Positions 33,701 through 50,900 of a DNA stretch of 64,000 nt are shown one piece after another. Source of the stretch: Eledone cirrhosa (taxonomy: Eukaryota); contig OZ024748.1 in NCBI GenBank assembly GCA_964016885.1, forward strand, positions 34,286,001 to 34,350,000. The letters are read 5' to 3'. A program made the translations under genes and the position numbers. The notes below the pieces were generated by a model. It was given only the letters and a program-made list of their open reading frames with translations, made no database searches and was not told the DNA's origin. The first letter of the stretch is position 1. Every line of letters begins with the position of its first letter.

Positions 33701-36700
33701 ATATTGACACAACAACACACCACCACACTCTTACACTCCGACAAGAACACAACACCACACCACCACACTCTTACACTTCGACAAGAACACAACACCACAC
33801 CACCACACTCTTACACTCCGACAAGAACACAACACCACACCACCACACTCTTACACTCCCACATTGACACAACACAACACCACCACACACTCACACACCC
33901 ACAAGAACACAACACCACACCACCACACTCTTACACTCCGACAAGAACACAACACCACACCACCACACTCTCACACTCCCACAAGAACACAACACCACAC
34001 CACCACACTCTTACACTCCTACATTGACACAACACCACACCACCACACTCTTACACTCCCACATTGACACAACACCACACCACCACACTCTTACACTCCC
34101 ACATTGACACAACACTACACCACCACACTCTTACACTCCCACATTGACACAACACCACACCACCACACTCTTACACTCCCACATTGACACAACACCACAC
34201 CACCACACTCTTACACTCCCACAAGGACACAACACCACACCACCACACTCTTACACTCCGACAAGAACACAACACCACACCACCACACTCTTACACTCCC
34301 AACAAGGACACAACACTACACCACCACACTCTCACACTCCCACAAGAACACAACACCACACCACCACACACTTACACTCCTACAAGAACACAACACCACA
34401 CCACCACACTCTTACACTCCCACATTGACACAACACCACACCACCACACTCTTACACTCCCACATTGACACAACACTACACCACCACACTCTCACACTCC
34501 CACATTGACACAACACCACACCACCACACTCTTACACTCCCCACATTGACACAACACCACACCACCACACTCTCACACTCACACATTGACACAACACCAC
34601 ACCACCACACTCTTACACTCCCACATTGACACAACACCACACCACCACACTCTTACACTCCCACATTGACACAACACCACACCACCACACTCTTACACTC
34701 CCACGCTGACACAACACTACACCACCACACTCTTACACTCCGACAAGAACACAACACCACACCACCACACTCTTACACTCCCACAAGAACACAACACCAC
34801 ACCACCACACACTTACACTCCTACAAGAACACAACACCACACCACCACACTCTTACACTCCCACATTGACACAACACCACACCACCACACTCTTACACTC
34901 CCACAAGGACACAACACCACACCACCACACTCTTACACGCCCACAAGAACACAACACCACACCACCACACTCTTACACTCCCTCATTGACACAACACCAC
35001 ACCACCACACTCTTACACTCCCACATTGACACAACACCACACCACCACACTCTTACACTCCCACAAGGACACAACACCACACCACCACACTCTTACACGC
35101 CCACAAGAACACAACACCACACCACCACACTCTTACACTCCCACAAGGACACAACACCACACCACCACACTCTCACACTCCCACATTGACACGACACCAC
35201 ACCACCACACTCTTACACGCCCACATTGACACAACACCATACCACCACACTCTTACACTCCCACATTGACACAACACCACACCACCACACTCTTACACTC
35301 CGACAAGAACACAACACCACACCACCACACTTTTACACTCCCAACAAGGACACAACACTACACCACCTCACTCTCACACTCCCACAAGAACACAACACCA
35401 CACCACCACACACTTACACTCCTACAAGGACACAACACCACACCACCACACTCTTACACTCCTACATTGACACAACACCACACCACCATACTCTCACACT
35501 CCCACATTGACACAACACCACACCACCACACTCTCACACTCCCACATTGACACAACACCACACCACCACACTCTAACACTCCCACATTGACACAACACCA
35601 CACCACCACACTCTTACACTCCTACATTGACACAACACCACCACAATCTTACACTCCGCACATTGACACAACACCCCACCCCCACACTCTTACACTCCCA
35701 CATTGACACAACACCACACAACCACACTCTCACACTCCCATATTGACACAACACCACACCACCGCACTCTTACACTCCGACAAGAACACAACACCACACC
35801 ACCACACTCTCACACTCCCCACATTGACACAACACCACACCACCACACTCTTACACTCCGACAAGAACACAACACCACACCACCACACTCTTACACTCCC
35901 ACAAGAACACAACACCACACCACCACACTCTTACACTCCGACAAGAACACAACACCACACCACCACACTCTTACACTCCCACATTGACACAACACCACAC
36001 CACCACACTCTCACACACCCACAAGAACACAACACCACACCACCACACTCTTACACTCCGACAAGAACACAACACCACACCACCACACTCTCACACTCCC
36101 ACAAGAACACAACACCACACCACCACACTCTTACACTCCCACATTGACACAACACTACACCACCACACTCTTACACTCCCACATTGACACAACACCACAC
36201 CACCACACTCTTACACTCCCACATTGACACAACACCACACCACCACACTCTTACACTCCCACAAGGACACAACACCACACCACCACACTCTCACACTCCC
36301 AGATTGACACAACACCACACCACCACACTCTCACACTCCCACATTGACACAACACCACACCACTACAATCTCACACTCCCACATTGACAGAACACCACAA
36401 CACCACACTCTCACACTCCCACATTGACACAACACCACACCACCACACTCTTACACTCCCACATTGACACAACACCACACCACCACAACCTCACACTCCC
36501 ACAAGAACACAACACCACACCACCACACTCTTACACTCCCACAAGGACACAACACCACACCACCACACTCTCACACTCCCACATTGATACAACACCACAC
36601 CACCACACTCTTACACTCCCCACATTGACACAACACTACACCACCACACTCTTACACTCCCCACATTGACACAACACCACACGACCACACTCTTACACTC

Positions 36701-39700
36701 CCACATTGACACAACACTACACCACCACACTCTTACACACCCCACATTGACACAACACTACACCACCACACTCTTACACTCCCCACATTGACACAACACC
36801 ACACCACCACACTCTCACACTCCCACATTGACACAACACCACCACAATCTTACACTCCGCTCATTGACACAACACCCCACCCCCACACTCTTACACTCCC
36901 ACATTGACACAAGACCACACCACCACACTCTCACACTCCCACATTGACACAACACCACACCACCACACTCTTACACTCCCCACTTTGACACAACACCACA
37001 CCCCCACACTCTTACACTCCCCACATTGACACAACACCACACCACCACACTCTCACACTCCCACATTGACACAACACCACACCACCACACTCTCACACTC
37101 CCACATTGACACAACACCACACCACCACACTCTCACACTCCCACATTGACACAACACCACACCACCACACTCTCACACTCCCACATTGACACAACACCAC
37201 ACCACCACAAAATCACACTCCCACATTAACACAACACCACACCACCACACTCTAACACACCCACAAGGACACAACACCACACCACCACACTCTCACACTC
37301 CCACATTGACACAACACCACAGCACCACACTCTCACACAACCACATTGACACAACACCACACCACCACACTCTTACACTCCCCACTTTGACACAACACCA
37401 CACCACCACACTGTTACACTCCCCACATTGACACAACACCACACCACCACACTCTTACACTCCCCACTTTGACACAACACCACACCACCACACTCTTACA
37501 CTCCCCACTTTGACACAACACCACACCACCACACTCTTACACTCCCCACATTGACACAACACCACACCCCCACACTCTTACACTCCCACATTGACACAAC
37601 ACCACACCACCACACTCTCACACTCCCACATTGACACAACACCACACCACCACACTCTTACACTCCCACATTGACACAACACCACACCACCACACTCTTA
37701 CACTCCCCACATTGACACAACATCACACCACCACACGCTCACACTCCCCACATTGACACAACACCACACCACCACACTCTTACACTCCCACATTGACACA
37801 ACACCACACCACCACACTCTCACACTCCCACATTGACACAACACCACACGACCTCACTCTTACACTCCCACAAGAACACAACACCACACCACCACACTCT
37901 TACACTCCCACATTGACACAACACCACACCATCACACTCTCACACTCCCACATTGACACAACACCACACCACCACACTCTTACACTCCCACATTGACACA
38001 ACACCAAACCACCACACTCTTACACTCCCCACATTGACACAACACCACACCACCACACTCTCACACTCCCATATCGACACAACACCACACCACCACACTC
38101 TTACACTCCCACATTGACACAACACCACACCACCACACTCTTACACTCCCACATTGACACAACACCACACCACCACACTCTTACACTCCCCACATTGACA
38201 CAACATCACACCACCACACTCTTACACTCCCACATTGACACAACACCACACCACCACACTCTTACACTCTCACATTGACACAACACCACACCACCACACT
38301 CTTACACTCCCACATTGACACAACACCACACAACCACACTCTTACACTCCCCACTTTGACACAAACCACACCACCACACTCTTACACTCCCACATTGACA
38401 CAACACCACACCACCACACACTTACACTCCCACAAGAACACAACACCACACGACCACACTCTTACACTCCCACATTGACACAACACCACACGACCACACT
38501 CTTACACTCCCACAAGAACACAACACCACACCACCACACTCTTACACTCCCACATTGACACAACACCACACGACCACACACTTACACTCCCACAAGAACA
38601 CAACACCACACCACCACACTCTCACACTCCCATATCGACACAACACCACACCACCACACACTTACACTCCCACATTGACACAACATCACACCACCACACG
38701 CTTACACTCCCACATTGAGACAACACCACACCACCACACTCTTACACTCCCACTTAGACACAACACCACACCACCACACTCTTACACTCCCACATTGACA
38801 CAACACCACACCACCACACTCTTACACTCCCACTTCGACACAACACCACACCACCACACTCTTACACTCCCCACAAGGACACAACACTACACCACCACAC
38901 TCTTACACTCGCACAAGGACACAACACCACACCACCACACACTTACACTCCCACATTGACACAACACCACACCACCACACTCTTACACTCCCACTTCGAC
39001 ACAACACCACATCACCACACTCTTACACTCCCCACAAGGACACAACACTACACCACCACACTCTTACACTCCCCATAAGAACACAACACCACACCACCAC
39101 ACTCTTACACTCCCACAAGAACACAACACCACACCACCACACTCTCACACTCCCACATTGACACAACACCACCACACTCTTACACTCCCACATTGACACA
39201 ACACCACACAACCACACTCTCACACTCCCATATTGACACAACAACACACCACCACACTCTTACACTCCGACAAGAACACAACACCACACCACCACACTCT
39301 TACACTTCGACAAGAACACAACACCACACCACCACACTCTTACACTCCGACAAGAACACAACACCACACCACCACACTCTTACACTCCCACATTGACACA
39401 ACACAACACCACCACACACTCACACACCCACAAGAACACAACACCACACCACCACACTCTTACACTCCGACAAGAACACAACACCACACCACCACACTCT
39501 CACACTCCCACAAGAACACAACACCACACCACCACACTCTTACACTCCTACATTGACACAACACCACACCACCACACTCTTACACTCCCACATTGACACA
39601 ACACCACACCACCACACTCTTACACTCCCACATTGACACAACACTACACCACCACACTCTTACACTCCCACATTGACACAACACCACACCACCACACTCT

Positions 39701-41820
39701 TACACTCCCACATTGACACAACACCACACCACCACACTCTTACACTCCCACAAGGACACAACACCACACCACCACACTCTTACACTCCGACAAGAACACA
39801 ACACCACACCACCACACTCTTACACTCCCAACAAGGACACAACACTACACCACCACACTCTCACACTCCCACAAGAACACAACACCACACCACCACACAC
39901 TTACACTCCTACAAGAACACAACACCACACCACCACACTCTTACACTCCCACATTGACACAACACCACACCACCACACTCTTACACTCCCACATTGACAC
40001 AACACTACACCACCACACTCTCACACTCCCACATTGACACAACACCACACCACCACACTCTTACACTCCCCACATTGACACAACACCACACCACCACACT
40101 CTCACACTCACACATTGACACAACACCACACCACCACACTCTTACACTCCCACATTGACACAACACCACACCACCACACTCTTACACTCCCACATTGACA
40201 CAACACCACACCACCACACTCTTACACTCCCACGCTGACACAACACTACACCACCACACTCTTACACTCCGACAAGAACACAACACCACACCACCACACT
40301 CTTACACTCCCACAAGAACACAACACCACACCACCACACACTTACACTCCTACAAGAACACAACACCACACCACCACACTCTTACACTCCCACATTGACA
40401 CAACACCACACCACCACACTCTTACACTCCCACAAGGACACAACACCACACCACCACACTCTTACACGCCCACAAGAACACAACACCACACCACCACACT
40501 CTTACACTCCCTCATTGACACAACACCACACCACCACACTCTTACACTCCCACATTGACACAACACCACACCACCACACTCTTACACTCCCACAAGGACA
40601 CAACACCACACCACCACACTCTTACACGCCCACAAGAACACAACACCACACCACCACACTCTTACACTCCCACAAGGACACAACACCACACCACCACACT
40701 CTCACACTCCCACATTGACACGACACCACACCACCACACTCTTACACGCCCACATTGACACAACACCATACCACCACACTCTTACACTCCCACATTGACA
40801 CAACACCACACCACCACACTCTTACACTCCGACAAGAACACAACACCACACCACCACACTTTTACACTCCCAACAAGGACACAACACTACACCACCTCAC
40901 TCTCACACTCCCACAAGAACACAACACCACACCACCACACACTTACACTCCTACAAGGACACAACACCACACCACCACACTCTTACACTCCTACATTGAC
41001 ACAACACCACACCACCATACTCTCACACTCCCACATTGACACAACACCACACCACCACACTCTCACACTCCCACATTGACACAACACCACACCACCACAC
41101 TCTAACACTCCCACATTGACACAACACCACACCACCACACTCTTACACTCCTACATTGACACAACACCACCACAATCTTACACTCCGCACATTGACACAA
41201 CACCCCACCCCCACACTCTTACACTCCCACATTGACACAACACCACACAACCACACTCTCACACTCCCATATTGACACAACACCACACCACCGCACTCTT
41301 ACACTCCGACAAGAACACAACACCACACCACCACACTCTCACACTCCCCACATTGACACAACACCACACCACCACACTCTTACACTCCGACAAGAACACA
41401 ACACCACACCACCACACTCTTACACTCCCACAAGAACACAACACCACACCACCACACTCTTACACTCCGACAAGAACACAACACCACACCACCACACTCT
41501 TACACTCCCACATTGACACAACACCACACCACCACACTCTCACACACCCACAAGAACACAACACCACACCACCACACTCTTACACTCCGACAAGAACACA
41601 ACACCACACCACCACACTCTCACACTCCCACAAGAACACAACACCACACCACCACACTCTTACACTCCCACATTGACACAACACTACACCACCACACTCT
41701 TACACTCCCACATTGACACAACACCACACCACCACACTCTTACACTCCCACATTGACACAACACCACACCACCACACTCTTACACTCCCACAAGGACACA
41801 ACACCACACCACCACACTCT
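30738..41820 (+). repeat. Near-perfect tandem duplication, unit 5529 bp (about 30738-36266 and 36267-41820)
   Basis: ORFs from 30895 to 35984 have identical twins exactly 5529 bp downstream. Rare markers CAGATTGAC (30771/36300), CCGCTCATTG, CAAGACC and ACTGTTAC are present in both copies. Confidence 0.95.
33330..36290 (+). repeat. Monomer subfamily domain F (CCGACAAGAAC, ACAAGAAC and ACAAGGAC variants; mostly 40-bp units), copy 1; other copies at about 38860-41860, 41860-45250 and 60740-64000
   Basis: TCCGACAAGAAC first appears at about 33737 and is confined to these intervals. The CCCCACTTTG 41-bp variant that is common elsewhere was not seen inside them. Confidence 0.85.
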
Positions 41821-44800
41821 TACACTCCGACAAGAACACAACACCACACCACCACACTCTTACACTCCCCACAAGGACACAACACTACACCACCACACTC
41901 TTACACTCGCACAAGGACACAACACCACACCACCACACACTTACACTCCCACATTGACACAACACCACACCACCACACTCTTACACTCCCACTTCGACAC
42001 AACACCACATCACCACACTCTTACACTCCCCACAAGGACACAACACTACACCACCACACTCTTACACTCCCCATAAGAACACAACACCACACCACCACAC
42101 TCTTACACTCCCACAAGAACACAACACCACACCACCACACTCTCACACTCCCACATTGACACAACACCACCACACTCTTACACTCCCACATTGACACAAC
42201 ACCACACAACCACACTCTCACACTCCCATATTGACACAACACCACACCACCACACTCTTACACTCCGACAAGAACACAACACCACACCACCACACTCTTA
42301 CACTCCGACAAGAACACAACACCACACCACCACACTCTTACACTCCCACAAGAACACAACACCACACCACCACACTCTTACACTCCGACAAGAACACAAC
42401 ACCACACCACCACACTCTTACACTCCCACATTGACACAACACCACACCACCACACACTCACACACCCACAAGAACACAACACCACACCACCACACTCTTA
42501 CACTCCGACAAGAACACAACACCACACCACCACACTCTCACACTCCCACAAGAACACAACACCACACCACCACACTCTTACACTCCTACATTGACACAAC
42601 ACCACACCACCACACTCTTACACTCCCACATTGACACAACACCACACCACCACACTCTTACACTCCCACATTGACACAACACTACACCACCACACTCTTA
42701 CACTCCCACATTGACACAACACCACACCACCACACTCTTACACTCCCACATTGACACAACACCACACCACCACACTCTTACACTCCCACAAGGACACAAC
42801 ACCACACCACCACACTCTTACACTCCGACAAGAACACAACACCACACCACCACACTCTTACACTCCCAACAAGGACACAACACTACACCACCACACTCTC
42901 ACACTCCCACAAGAACACAACACCACACCACCACACACTTACACTCCTACAAGAACACAACACCACACCACCACACTCTTACACTCCCACATTGACACAA
43001 CACCACACCACCACACTCTTACACTCCCACATTGACACAACACTACACCACCACACTCTCACACTCCCACATTGACACAACACCACACCACCACACTCTT
43101 ACACTCCCCACATTGACACAACACCACACCACCACACTCTCACACTCACACATTGACACAACAGCACACCACCACACTCTTACACTCCCACATTGACACA
43201 ACACCACACCACCACACTCTTACACTCCCACATTGACACAACACCACACCAGCACACTCTTACACTCCCACGCTGACACAACACTACACCACCACACTCT
43301 TACACTCCGACAAGAACACAACACCACACCACCACACTCTTACACTCCCACAAGAACACAACACCACACCACCACACACTTACACTCCTACAAGAACACA
43401 ACACCACACCACCACACTCTTACACTCCCACATTGACACAACACCACACCACCACACTCTTACACTCCCACAAGGACACAACACCACACCACCACACTCT
43501 TACACGCCCACAAGAACACAACACCACACCACCACACTCTTACACTCCCTCATTGACACAACACCACACCACCACACTCTTACACTCCCACATTGACACA
43601 ACACCACACCACCACACTCTTACACTCCCACAAGGACACAACACCACACCACCACACTCTTACACGCCCACAAGAACACAACACCACACCACCACACTCT
43701 TACACTCCCACAAGGACACAACACCACACCACCACACTCTACGACTCCCACAAGGACACAACACCACACCACCACACTCTCACACTCCCACATTGACACG
43801 ACACCACACCACCACACTCTTACACGCCCACATTGACACAACACCATACCACCACACTCTTACACTCCCACATTGACACAACACCACACCACCACACTCT
43901 TACACTCCGACAAGAACACAACACCACACCACCACACTTTTACACTCCCAACAAGGACACAACACTACACCACCACACTCTCACACTCCCACAAGAACAC
44001 AACACCACACCACCACACACTTACACTCCTACAAGGACACAACACCACACCACCACACTCTTACACTCCTACATTGACACAACACCACACCACCATACTC
44101 TCACACTCCCACATTGACACAACACCACACCACCACACTCTCACACTCCCACATTGACACAACACCACACCACCACACTCTAACACTCCCACATTGACAC
44201 AACACCACACCACCACACTCTTACACTCCTACATTGACACAACACCACCACAATCTTACACTCCGCACATTGACACAACACCCCACCCCCACACTCTTAC
44301 ACTCCCACATTGACACAACACCACACAACCACACTCTCACACTCCCATATTGACACAACACCACACCACCGCACTCTTACACTCCGACAAGAACACAACA
44401 CCACACCACCACACTCTCACACTCCCCACATTGACACAACACCACACCACCACACTCTTACACTCCGACAAGAACACAACACCACACCACCACACGCTTA
44501 CACTACCACAAGAACACAACACCACACCACCACACTCTTACACTCCGACAAGAACACAACACCACACCACCACACTCTTACACTCCCACATTGACACAAC
44601 ACCACACCACCACACTCTCACACACCCACAAGAACACAACACCACACCACCACACTCTTACACTCCGACAAGAACACAACACCACACCACCACACTCTCA
44701 CACTCCCACAAGAACACAACACCACACCACCACACTCTTACACTCCCACATTGACACAACACTACACCACCACACTCTTACACTCCCACATTGACACAAC

Positions 44801-44940
44801 ACCACACCACCACACTCTTACACTCCCACATTGACACAACACCACACCACCACACTCTTACACTCCCACAAGGACACAACACCACACCACCACACTCTTA
44901 CACTCCGACAAGAACACAACACCACACCACCACACTCTTA
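38860..44940 (+). repeat. Tandem duplication of the AAG/CCGACAAG-rich domain, unit about 3.0-3.08 kb
   Basis: ORF offsets are 2998 (39023/42021), 3038 (39673/42711, 40195/43233) and 3078 (40755/43833, 41232/44310, 41713/44791), growing in 40-bp steps. Confidence 0.88.
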
Positions 44941-47900
44941 CACTCCCAACAAGGACACAACACTACACCACCACACTCTCACACTCCCACAAGAACACAA
45001 CACCACACCACCACACACTTACACTCCTACAAGAACACAACACCACACCACCACACTCTTACACTCCGACAAGAACACAACACCACACCACCACACTTTT
45101 ACACTCCCAACAAGGACACAACACTACACCACCACACTCTCACACTCCCACAAGAACACAACACCACACCACCACACACTTACACTCCTACAAGGACACA
45201 ACACCACACCACCACACTCTTACACTCCTACATTGACACAACACCACACCACCATACTCTCACACTCCCACATTGACACAACACCACACCACCACAAACT
45301 CACACTCCCACATTAACACAACACCACACCACCACACTCTCACACTCCCACATTGACACAACACCACACCACCACACTCTTACACTCCTACATTGACACA
45401 ACACCACACCACCACACTCTCACACTCCCACGTTGACACAACACCACACCACCACACTCTCACACTCCCACATTGACACGACACCACACCACCACACTCT
45501 CACACTCCCACATTGACACAACACCACACCACCACGCTCTTACACGCCCACATTGACACAACGCCACACCACCACACTCTCACACTCCCACAAGGACACA
45601 ACTCCACACCACCACACTCTCAAACTCCCACATTGACACAACACCACACCACCACACTCTTACACTCCCACATTGACACAACACAACACCACCATAAAAT
45701 CACACTCCCACATTAACACAACACCACACCACCACACTCTCACACACCCACATTAACACAACACCACACCACCACACTCTTACACTCCCACGCTGACACA
45801 ACACTACACCACCACACTCTCACACTCCCACAAGAACACAACAGCTCACCACCACACTCCTACACTCCCACATTGACACAACACCACACCACCACAAACT
45901 CACACTCCCACATTAACACAACACCACACCACCACACTCTTACACTCCCCACTTTGACACAACACCACACCACCACACTCTTACACTCCCCACATTGACA
46001 CAACACCACACCCCCACACTCTTACACTCCCACATTGACACAACACCACACCACCACACTCTCACACTCCCACATTGACACAACACCACACCACCACACT
46101 CTTACACTCCCCACATTGACACAACACCACACCCCCACACTCTTACACTCCCCACATTGACACAACACCACGCCACCACTCTCTCACACTCCCCACATTG
46201 ACACAACACCACACCACCACACTCTCACACTCCCATATCGACACAACACCACACCACCACACTCTTACATTCCCACATTGACACAACACCACACCACCAA
46301 ACTCTTACACTCCCACATTGACACAACACTACACCACCACACTCTCACATTCCCACATTGACACAACACCACACCACCACACTCTTACACTCCCACATTG
46401 ACACAACACCACACCACCACATCCTCACACTCCCACAAGGACACAACACCACACCACCACAACCTCACACTCCCACAAGAACACAACACCACACCACCAC
46501 ACTCTAACACTCCCACAAGGACACAACACCACACCACCACACTCTCACACTCCCACATTGATACAACACCACACCACCACACTCTTACACTCCCCAAATT
46601 GACACGACACTACACCACCACACTCTTACACTCCCCACATTGACACAACACCACACCACCACACTCTTACACTCCCACATTGATACAACACTACACCACC
46701 ACACTCTTACACTCCCCACATTGACACAACACCACCACAATCTTACACTCCGCACATTGACACAACACCCCACCCCCACACTCTTACACTCCCCACATTG
46801 ACACAACACCACACCACCACACTCTAACACTCCCACAAGGACACAACACCACACCACCACAACCTCACACTCCCACAAGAACACAACACCACACCACCAC
46901 ACTCTAACACTCCCACAAGGACACAACACCACACCACCACACTCTCACACTCCCACATTGACACAACACCATACCACCACACTCTTACACTCCCACATTG
47001 ACACAACACCACACCACCACACACTTACACTCCCCACTTTGACACAACACCACACCCCCACACTCTTACACTCCCACATTGACACAACACCACACCACCA
47101 CACACTTACACTCCCCACTTTGACACAACACCACACCCCCACACTCTCACACTCCCACATTGACACAACACCACACCACCACACTCTCACACTCCCACAT
47201 TGACACAACACCACACCACCACACTCTTACACTCCCCACTTTGACACAACACCACACCACCACACTCTCACACTCCCACATTGACACAACACCACAGCAC
47301 CACACTCTCACACTCCCACATTGACACAACACCACACCACCACACTCTTACACTCCCCACTTTGACACAACACCACACCACCACACTCTTACACTCCCCA
47401 CATTGACACAACACCACACCACCACACTCTTACACTCCCCACTTTGACACAACACCACACCACCACACTCTTACACTCCCCACTTTGACACAACACCACA
47501 CCACCACACACTTACACTCCCCACATTGACACAACACCACACCCCCACACTCTTACACTCCCAAATTGACACAACACCACACCACCACACTCTCACACTC
47601 CCACATTGACACAACACCACACCACCACACTCTTACACTCCCCACATTGACACAACACCACACCCCCACACTCTTACACTCCCCACATTGACACAACACC
47701 ACGCCACCACTCTCTCACACTCCCCACATTGACACAACACCATACCACCACACTCTCACACTCCCATATCGACACAACACCACACCACCACACTCTTACA
47801 CTCCCACATTGACACAACACCACACCACCAAACTCTTACACTCCCCACATTGACACAACATCACACCACCACACTCTCACACTCCCCACATTGACACAAC

Positions 47901-50900
47901 ACCACACCACCACACTCTTACACTCCCACATTGACACACCACCACACCACCACACTCTCACACTCCCACATTGACACAACACCACACGACCTCACTCTTA
48001 CACTCCCACAAGAACACAACACCACACCACCACACTCTTACACTCCCACATTGACACAACACCACACCACCACACTCTTACACTCCCCACATTGACACAA
48101 CACCACACCACCACACTCTCACACTCCCATATCGACACAACACCACACCACCACACTCTTACACTCCCACATTGACACAACACCACACCACCACACTCTT
48201 ACACTCCCACATTGACACAACACCACACCACCACACTCTTACACTCCCCACATTGACACAACATCACACCACCACACTCTTACACTCCCACATTGACACA
48301 ACACCACACCACCACACTCTTACACTCCCACATTGACACAACACCACACCACCACACTCTTACACTCCCACATTGACACAACACCACACAACCACACTCT
48401 TACACTCCCCACTTTGACACAAACCACACCACCACACTCTTACACTCCCACATTGACACAACACCACACCACCACACACTTACACTCCCACAAGAACACA
48501 ACACCACACCACCACACTCTTACACTCCCACATTGACACAACACCACACGACCACACTCTTACACTCCCACAAGAACACAACACCACACCACCACACTCT
48601 TACACTCCCACATTGACACAACACCACACGACCACACTCTTACACTCCCACAAGAACACAACACCACACCACCACACTCTCACACTCCCATATCGACACA
48701 ACACCACACCACCACACACTTACACTCCCACATCGACACAACATCACACCACCACACTCTTACACTCCCACATTGACACAACACCACACCACCACACTCT
48801 TACACTCCCACTTTGACACAACACCACAACACCACACACATACACTCTCACATTGACGCCACACCACACCACCACACTCTTACACTCCCACATTGACACA
48901 ACACCACACCACCACACTCTTACACTCCCATAAGAAAACAACACCACACCACCACCCTCTCACACTCCCACATTGACACAACACCACACCGCCGCACTAT
49001 TATACTCCCACATTGAAACAACAACACCACACTCTTATACTCCCACAGTCACACAACACCACCACACTCTCACACTCCCACATTGACACAACACCACACC
49101 ACCACACTCTTACACTCCCACATTGACACAACACCACACCACCACACTCTTACACTCCCACATTGACACAACACTACACCACCACACTCTCACATTCCCA
49201 CATTGACACAACACCACACCACCACACTCTTACACTCCCACATTGACACAACACCACACCACCACACTCTTACACTCCCCACATTGACACAACACCACAC
49301 CACCACACTCTTACACTCCCACATTGACACAACACTACACCACCACACTCTTACACACCCCACATTGACACAACACTACACCACCACACTCTTACACTCC
49401 CCACATTGACACAACACCACACCACCACACTCTCACACTCCCACATTGACACAACACCACCACAATCTTACACTCCGCACATTGACACAACACCCCACCC
49501 CCACACTCTTACACTCCCACATTGACACAACACCACACCACCACACTCTCACACTCCCACATTGACACAACACCACACCACCACACTCTTACACTCCCCA
49601 CTTTGACACAACACCACACCCCCACACTCTTACACTCCCCACATTGACACAACACCACACCACCACACTCTTACACTCCCACATTGACACAACACCACAC
49701 CACCACACTCTCACACTCCCACATTGACACAACACCACACCACCACACTCTCACACTCCCACATTGACACAACACCACACCACCACACTCTCACACTCCC
49801 ACATTGACACAAAACCACACCACCACACTCTCACACTCCCACATTGACACAACACCACACCACCACACTCTTACACTCCCCACTTTGACACAACACCACA
49901 CCACCACACTCTTACACTCCCCACATTGACACAACACCACACCACCACACTCTTACACTCCCCACTTTGACACAACACCACACCACCACACTCTTACACT
50001 CCCCACTTTGACACAACACCACACCACCACACTCTTACACTCCCCACATTGACACAACACCACACCCCCACACTCTTACACTCCCACATTGACACAACAC
50101 CACACCACCACACTCTCACACTCCCACATTGACACAACACCACACCACCACACTCTTACACTCCCACATTGACACAACACCACACCCCCACACTCTTACC
50201 CTCCCCACATTGACACAACACCACGCCACCACACTCTCACACTCCCCACATTGACACAACACCACACCACCACACTCTCACACTCCCATATCGACACAAC
50301 ACCACACCACCACACTCTTACACTCCCACATTGACACAGCACCACACCACCACACTCTTACACTCCCCACATTGACACAACACCACACCACCACACTCTC
50401 ACACTCCCACATTGACACAACACCACCACAATCTTACACTCCGCACATTGACACAACACCCCACCCCCACCCTCTTACACTCCCACATTGACACAACACC
50501 ACACCACCACACTCTCACACTCCCACATTGACACAACACCACACCACCACACTCTTACACTCCCCACTTTGACACAACACCACACCCCCACACTCTTACA
50601 CTCCCCACATTGACACAACACCACACCACCACACTCTCACACTCCCACATTGACACAACACCACACCACCACACTCTTACACTCCCCACTTTGACACAAC
50701 ACCACACCCCCACACTCTTACACTCCCCACATTGACACAACACCACACCACCACACTCTTACACTCCCCACATTGACACAACACCACACCACCACACTCT
50801 CACACTCCCACATTGACACAACACCACACCACCACACTCTCACACTCCCACATTGACACAACACCACACCACCACACTCTCACACTCCCACATTGACACA

